This document shows positions 56,371 through 64,000 of a DNA stretch of 64,000 nucleotides, one piece after another; within the stretch, counting starts at the first letter, position 1, and each line of letters starts with the position of its first letter. Position numbers and translations under genes: made by a program. The notes below the pieces were generated by a model that was not told the origin of the DNA, ran no database searches, and was given only the letters and a program-made list of their open reading frames with translations. This DNA comes from Octopus vulgaris (Eukaryota): NCBI GenBank assembly GCA_951406725.2, contig OX597836.1:32178001-32242000 (forward strand), in the 5' to 3' direction.

Positions 56371-56489
56371 ACACACACTCACACACACGCGCATGCACAC
56401 ACACACACATGCATATACATATAAATACACACACACACACACACATGCATACACATATAAATACACACACACACACACATGCATACACA

Positions 56490-56528
<39 letters not shown>

Positions 56529-58178
56529 TGCAGAAGCACATGCTGAGATACAAACATACCTCTATACATATAAACTCATGCTTACCTACCAATATTATTC
56601 TTAAGCACAAAACAGCAGTCGAGTATTTGTGTGTACGTTTTTCTAATCTGAAAACCTGAATATAAGTTCCCTTTCTGTTTTTAATGCTTATTTATTATTG
56701 TTGTTGTTGTTGTTGTTGCTGTTGCTGTCCTTCCTAGTTTTAACCATTCCATTAATGATGTGATTTTTTTTGTTTGTTTATAAACAAACATTGATTGTAA
56801 ATTTTCTTTTGTTTGCATCTTTTTTTTTGTTCACTATTTTGTAAATTTTTCTTCTTTTTAAAGCTTTATTTATCTATCTTTTCACAATTATTATTATTAT
56901 TATTATTATTATTGTTATTATTATTATTATTATTGTTATTATTATTATTCAGAAAATCATTATTCAGTACTATTGTTAACCTCCTCCTCATTGTCACTAA
57001 CATCATAATCATCACCATCATCATTGTCATCATCACCATCGTCGTCGTCATTGTCGTTGTCGTTATTGGTGTCATCGTCATCATCATCATCATTATCACC
57101 ATCATCATTGTTGTGAACAACATTACCCTACTTATTTTTGCTGTTGTTGCCATCATCAGCATCATCATTACTGTCATCATTAACTATTGTTGTCTTTTAG
57201 CATCATCATCATCATCATGGTAGTAGTAGTAGTTGTAATAATAATAATAATAATATTGATGATAATGATCATCGTCATCAGTAGCATCATCATCATCATC
57301 GTCTTTTAGTCTTCAATTAATTCTTAATGATAAGTGGTTTATTTTGATGTTGCATCCACATTTTCTTGAGTAATATTTTTTCTTTCTTTTTACAATGCTA
57401 CATTTCCGATGCAATTAGACATTGCTTCAGGGATATAAGCACACAACCACATATTCAATACACACACACACACACAGAGAAGCTCAGACATGCACACACA
57501 GCATGCACATTCACACACACACACACACAAACACTCATATATTCAATAAACATTTGCATATAACACTTGTGCACCATTTTAAACAGACATTCCTATACAT
57601 CTATTCCTATCTATGCATACTCGCATGCAGATATGCACATCTTCCTGAATAGAACACTCTCTCTTTTTATACATACATACATGCATACATACATATATGT
57701 ATATATGCATACATAAACACACACACACACACATAGATGTATAAATGCATAAATACATATACATGCACACACACCCTCGTGCATACATTGGAAGTCAGTC
57801 AGGTGAGTGATGTATAAAAAAGTACAGGTACTTGAGTCACTTTAGTAACATTTGAGTGATTAAAAATAAACAATGTCTTTATATAATGTATGTATGTGTA
57901 TACATATACATACATGCATACATACATACATACACACACACACATACATACATACATACATACATACATACATACATACATACATACATACATACATACA
58001 TACATACATACATACATACATACATACATTCATGTATATATATATATATATAATTAATTAATAAGGGTGAGAGAATTAGATACTAATTTAATAGTATATT
58101 TATTCAACACCAAGTGGCCTAGTGCTTCGAGAAACCTGGATTATTATAATATTTTATAACATATTATAATATTTTTAC

Positions 58179-58491
58179 AAAATAAATATAAGAGAGTGGT
58201 CACTATATTGCTCACTCTAGCACCAGTTAATCCAAAAGGTTTCAACCACGAAAATACATGCTACAAATACGAGCTACAAATGGATTTTTTTTGTAAGTAA
58301 AATTACATTTAATTCATTAATAGCGAAACAATTGTCCCAAAATAATCTGTATTTTTGTTATTTTTTATTTGCCCTGTCCGTGTGAGCTAACAATCGTACT
58401 GACTTTCATGGTAAGCATGTATTTTCGTGGTTGAAACCTTTTGGATTAACTGGTGCTAGAGTGAGCAATATAGTGACCACTCTCTTATATT

Positions 58492-58497
<6 letters not shown>
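58179..58497. repeat. Perfect 84-bp inverted repeat with 151-bp spacer
   Basis: 58179-58262 equals the reverse complement of 58414-58497; the right end abuts (TA)n. Confidence 0.92.
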
Positions 58498-58560
<63 letters not shown>

Positions 58561-58652
58561 GAAAATTTAGATTCAGATGAATATGGTACTTAAGTTGAGG
58601 CACCAGAATTTAGTATGGTATTATCCATACAATTCCAAAGTAAGGTGATTAA

Positions 58653-58835
58653 AATCAAAGTAAGCAACAAGGATATCCAGAGGTAATGTCCATCTGTTGT
58701 AATTTAATTAAATTTTATGCAGCTGAAGATTGCACTACATTTTAAATTGATGTAGTGATTGCATTGTTCAATTAAATGGAGTTGCATGAAACGATCATAC
58801 TACATTACCTCTGGATATCCTTGTTGCTTATTTTG

Positions 58836-58838
<3 letters not shown>
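58653..58838. repeat. 37-bp inverted repeat around a degenerate hammerhead motif
   Basis: 58653-58689 versus 58802-58838 (1 mismatch); CTGAAGA at 58723 and GAAAC at 58788. Confidence 0.8.
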
Positions 58839-58873
<35 letters not shown>

Positions 58874-59040
58874 TATATAGATAGATAGATAGATAGATAC
58901 ACACATATACAGTCATACACACACATGCACACCACATATATACATGTAAACAAAGACTGGGATTTATGGTATTATGTTTAATTTTGTAGTTACAGTTGTT
59001 TCAATACAACAGGGATAATATTTTCCCCCAAAATAAATAT

Positions 59041-59427
59041 TCTTTTCTACTCTAGCACAAGGTCTGAAATTTTTGTGGAGGGGGCCAGTCAATTAGATCG
59101 ACCCTAGTATGCAACTGGTACCTAATTTATCGACTCCGAAAGAATAAAAGGCAATGTCAACCTTGGTGGAATTTGAATTCAGAACGTAAATACCTATTTC
59201 TTTACTACCCACAAGGGGCTAAACATAGAGGGGACAAACAAGGACAGACAAACGAATTAAGTTGATGACATCGACCCTAGTGCGTAACTGGTACTTAATT
59301 TATCGACCCTGAAAGGATGAAAGGCAAAGTCGACCTCGGCAGAATTTGAACTAAGAGCATAACGGCAGACAAAATACGGCTACATATTTCGCCCGGCGTG
59401 CTAACATTTCTGCCAGCTCGCCACCTT
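59041..59427 (-). mobile_element. Heterodimeric SINE A (tail 1 unit plus headless tail 2 unit)
   Basis: Flanked by cccaaaataaatatt (59027-59041) and cccaaaaataaatatt (59428-59443). Confidence 0.85.
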
Positions 59428-60774
59428 CCCAAAAATAAATATTAATATCAAAATGAATATAATGTATTCATAGTAAAATAACATATGTGATGGTAATTAG
59501 GTTGATGGTAATTAGGTTTGTTATATACCTTGTGATTGGCACCATCAATATATTTCAATGTCAGTGTTAATCAATGATGGTGATCCATAACAAAGTTTTG
59601 GTGGCCAATGATGAGTTTTAGATCTTAACGTGTTGCATTATGCAATTAAAATTGACTTTATAATTGGTAGTTCATTAGACTTTCCTTAATTAATTTTGAG
59701 GACCATTTTCTGGAATGTATAGACAGATATTCTTTCCACTATAGGAACCAAGCCTGAAACTTGGGAGTCAGGAGTTAGTCAATTACATTGACCCCAGTGC
59801 TCAACTGGTACTTACTTCATTGACCCTGGATGGATGAAAGTGACCTGCTGTGCTTGAGGAGACCTATTGAGTCAAGTACATCAACATCAAAATAAATCAA
59901 TGGAAATTGTAGTGATACCCGTGCCGGTGGCATGTAAAATACACCATCCAAATGTGGTGGATGTTGCCAACCTCCTCTGGCCCCTGTGGCGGTGGCATGC
60001 AAAAAGCACCCACTACAGTTACAGAGTGGTTGGTGTTAGGAAAGGCATCCAGCTGTAGAAATACTGCCAGATCAGACTGGTGCCTGGTGCAGCTTCCTGG
60101 TTTGAACTGTCCAACCCATGCTAGCATGGAAAACGGACGTTAAATGATGATGATGAGGATGATGATATGCTATATATATATATTTGTGTGCATGTGTATC
60201 TTTGTGTCTGTATTTGTGCCCACACCATCACTTGACAGCAAAAGAGACCGATAGAATGAATACTAGGCTTACAACAAATAAGTACATAAGTGTCCTCGGC
60301 GGCAATTTCTTCAACAAAAAGAAGAAAAAAAACCTTTTAAGGCAGTGCTCCAGTATGGCCACAATCAAATGACTGAAACAAGTAAGAGAATAAAAGAATA
60401 AAAGAATAAACACTTTGTCCAACATGCCAATAATTCAACCAGTTCACCACCTTGAAGTGTAAATAGTAGATAAGCTATGTGGAGAATGGATTGTATGAGG
60501 ATGGCATCTGTGGTGTGTATTTGCTATGTGATGTGTGACAGGTGTTTTAGTGCCAGGTAAAGATTATGTGGAGTATGTGCAGATATATTATACGGAGTGA
60601 TAATTGCACCTGGTGTTATGTGATTTTTATGTCAAAATGTGGAATTTATTTATCATTTTTTTTTTTTATAATTACCATTATTAACGTTGCTGTTATTTTC
60701 TTGCATTGTTGCGTTATGGAAAAGGTGATGCAGTTTGAAGGTAAAGCTGTGAGAACATCTAATCGTAACGTGGA

Positions 60775-61201
60775 TGTGTTTGCTTGTACATGCACGTGTG
60801 TGTGTTTGTGTGTGTGAAAATGTGTATGTGTGTGTGCATGTGTGTGTTTGTACATGTGTGTATATGAGTGTGTGTGTGTGTCAGTGTGTGTATGTAAGTG
60901 TGTGAGTGTGCATGTGTGAATGTGTGTGTGTGGATGCACATATATGAGTGTATGTGTTGTGTGTGAATGCGGGTATGTGTGTGTGTTAGTGGATTGTGTG
61001 TGAATGTGCATGTGTGAGTTTGCATGTGTAAGTGTGCATGTGTGAGTGTGTGAGTGTGTGTGTGCGAATGTATGCACTTACGCAAGTGTATGTATGCATG
61101 CTTGTACATGTATGTGTCAGTGTGCCATACACATGTGTGAGTGTGTGTGAATGCTCATGTGAATGCGTATGAATGTTTCTGTGTGTGCTTGTGCATGTGT
61201 G

Positions 61202-61235
<34 letters not shown>

Positions 61236-61274
61236 TGAGAGTGTGTATGTATGAATGCTTGTGCATGTGTGCAT

Positions 61275-61317
<43 letters not shown>

Positions 61318-61405
61318 TGAGAGTGTGTATGTATGAATGCTTGTACATGTATGCATGTGTGTGTGCATACATATTTGTACATGCACATGTGTTTGTATGT
61401 GCACA
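60775..61405. repeat. Degenerate (GT)n/(GCAT) tract
   Basis: Seen directly. Confidence 0.9.
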
Positions 61406-62764
61406 TTTGCAGCTTTGCTTTCATTGAATTCGATATTTCCCCCCCACTCCACCCCCCACCCTTTCTTGTAGTTATTATTGTCGATTTTCTCCTATTGTTG
61501 TATTTTATTTATTTATTTCACCCAGAAAAGAAAATTTCTAAAACCATTTTCTTCTCATTTATTTCCCTCTGACATATTCTTGCCTGGGTTTTTTTCCGTT
61601 TGCAGAATTTCAGAATATATTGAAAACGAAAAGAATGCTACACTCTAAAACTCAACTCATTCTCATCTCCCTCCACTCACACTACCCCCATACCTCCTGC
61701 AGTCACACTACTTTCACTTGCCTAGCTTCACCCACCCTCCCCACTTTCCCAACTCACAATATTTTCTCTCACTCTCCTCCACTCACACTATCTTCACTCA
61801 CCCTCCTCCACTCACACTATCTTCACTACCCTCCTTTCCTCACCTTCTCTCACTCATACTACTTTCACTCACCAACCCACCTCCACTCACACCACCTTCA
61901 CTCACATTTCTCCACTCACACTAGCCTCTCTCTTACTCTCTTGCCTCATATCTACAAGTATGTAGTTGCCACAACTGTCTTTCTTCCATTACTCTCCTCA
62001 GCACTATCACCCTTCCAACACTAAACTCACATACACAACTCATTCTGTTTCTCCCATCGCATTCTTGTTCTTCTCTTCCAACCATCCCTGCTATGCTGTC
62101 ATCACTTCCTCATTTATTTACCCCACCTCTTAGTCACACAGTCTTAAATGGAAAGAAACACCAAAGGGTTCAAAGAAAGCTTTTTAATGTTGCTGAGGAC
62201 ACAACAACATCTCTGATGTTGGTGCCATGATAAGATGCCCCCATTACAAGCTGTAAAGTAGTTTCTATCAGGAAGGACACCCAGTTGTAGAAACTGTGCC
62301 AATATTGGTTTCAAATATTGGCACAGCGCCTGCAATTTTGGGTAGAAGGGTAAGTCAATTACACCAACTCCAGTTTTCAACTGGCACTTATTTTTATCAA
62401 CCCAGAAAGGGATGAAAGGCAAAGTCAACCTTGGCAAAATTCGAACTCAGAACAGAAAGACGAATGAAATACTGCCAAGCATTTTACCTGGTATGCTAAC
62501 GATTCTGCCAGTTTGCTGCCTTAAAGTTTACCAATATTGGAATATAGAAGTGAGTCACATTCCTCTGTGCTGTCTTTACAAGGAGTGTCTCTGAATAAGA
62601 ACTGTCTCAAACCATGATGCTCCATGCCAATTTGGAAACCATACCAATATGGAAAGTGGACATAAAATAGATGATGATGATGTTAAATGATGATGATGAT
62701 GATGACGACAACTTCAAAGTAAAACTTTCTAGAATTTTGATCTTACTTTAAGTTTTAATACACA

Positions 62765-63725
62765 CATGTAGGCATGGCCATGTGGATGAGAAGCTCACTT
62801 GAGAAACATGTGGTTTGGGATTCAGTGTGAGAAATTTGGCAAGTTGTCTTCTGTTATGACCTTGGGGCATCCAATGTTTTTTGAGTTGATTTGGTAAATG
62901 GGAACTGTTTGGAAGCAAATTATATGTGTGCAGGTGCGTGTGTCCTTGTGCAAGTGTGCGTGCCCTTGTGTGAGTGTGTGTGTCTTTGCGCAAGTGCCTG
63001 TGTCCTTGTGTGAGTGTGTGTGTCTTTGCGCAAGTGCCTGTGTCCTTGTGTGAGTGTGTGTGTCTTTGCGCAAGTGCCTGTGTCCTTGTGTGAGTGTGTG
63101 TGTGTATGTTCTTGTGCAAGTGCATGTTCTTGTGCAAGTATGTGTGTCCTTGTGCAAGTGCATGTGTTCCTCTGTGTTCCTGTGTGTGTGTCCTTGTACG
63201 AGTGCATTTGTCCTCATGTGTATGCATGTGACCTCCTGCAAGTGCATGTGTCCTTCTGAGAGTGCGTGTGTCTTTGTGCGAGTGCGTGTGTCCTTCTGTG
63301 AGTGCATGTGTCCTTCTGCAAATGCGTGTATCCTTGTGTGGGAACATGTGTCTTTGTGCGAATGCGTGTGTCCTTCTGTGAGTGTATGTGTCCTGCGAGT
63401 ACATGTGTCCTTTTGCGAGTGCATGTGTCATTGTGTGACAGTGTGTGTCCTTCTGCAAGTGTATGTGTCCTTGCCTGAGTGCATGTATCCTTGTCTGAGT
63501 GCATGTGTCCTTGTGTGTCCTTGTGTGTCCTTGTGTTTGTGCTTGTTTCATAGACTACTCGACAACCAGTGTTAATGTCCTCATAACTTAGTGGTTCGGC
63601 AACAGGAGACCAATAAAATAAGTACCAGACTTAAAAACAAGTAAATACTGGGATTAATTTGTTTGACCAAACCCTTCCAAATGGTGCTCCAGTATGGCTG
63701 CAATCCAATGACTGACTGAAACAAA
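62765..63725 (+). mobile_element. Old SINE B whose internal microsatellite became a ~600-bp minisatellite of 18-20-bp units
   Basis: Head at 62765-62920, tail at 63545-63725; units like gtgtgtccttgtgcaagtgc between, including exact 38-bp dimers. Confidence 0.8.
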
Positions 63726-64000
63726 CAATAGATGGAAAAATAAATTTTCATCTTACATTAAATTTTATTACACAAACGCAAAACCTGCAAATTGTCCAAC
63801 ACACACTCCTTTTATTGCTTTTTACTCATACGCATTCACACACACACACAAACACGTATACACACGCACACAAATACAAACTGGCACATACATAAAAGCA
63901 GAGATGTTTACACACATACTTATAATCGCATACTTACATATATATAATTACACACGCACGCATTCATGTACGTACGCGTTCATTCAGACAAGCACACATA

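Noticed and set aside
61607-61625. Acceptor-like tttgcag|aatttcaga as a downstream otoferlin exon
   Set aside because: The frame reads NFRIY and then stops; no similarity beyond FR.
62748-63575. Long HT/KD-rich ORFs up to 267 aa
   Set aside because: They lie in a GT-derived minisatellite inside a SINE and are open in several frames on both strands.

Overview
Repeat-dense, AT-rich animal genomic DNA. The SINE, RTE and microsatellite landscape looks like an octopus (coleoid cephalopod); this is recognition, not a database match. Almost all ORFs in the supplied track are microsatellite or retroelement artefacts. One real host coding exon, missed by the ORF track, is visible: 5489-5567 (+) encodes MALILHLKSVDNLRSTCNRKAKVTFR(G), matching the N-terminal C2A domain of otoferlin, with the same 79-nt phase-1 first coding exon as human OTOF. 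No exon 2 was found, so the other ~58 kb is probably intron. It holds tRNA-derived SINEs, fragments of five LINE clades (RTE, CR1, R4/Dong, Tx1/L1, CRE), piggyBac, Tc1/mariner and hAT MITEs, a probable Helitron and several tandem repeats. It also contains a series of (TA)n-flanked fold-back elements with minimal hammerhead ribozyme motifs of the Penelope-like type. The best is a 415-bp near-perfect palindrome with an intact hammerhead core in each arm. Other leads are a uORF-packed otoferlin leader, an intronic array of POU4-type motifs, dimeric tail-swapping SINEs and a ~170-bp satellite born from a MITE junction.
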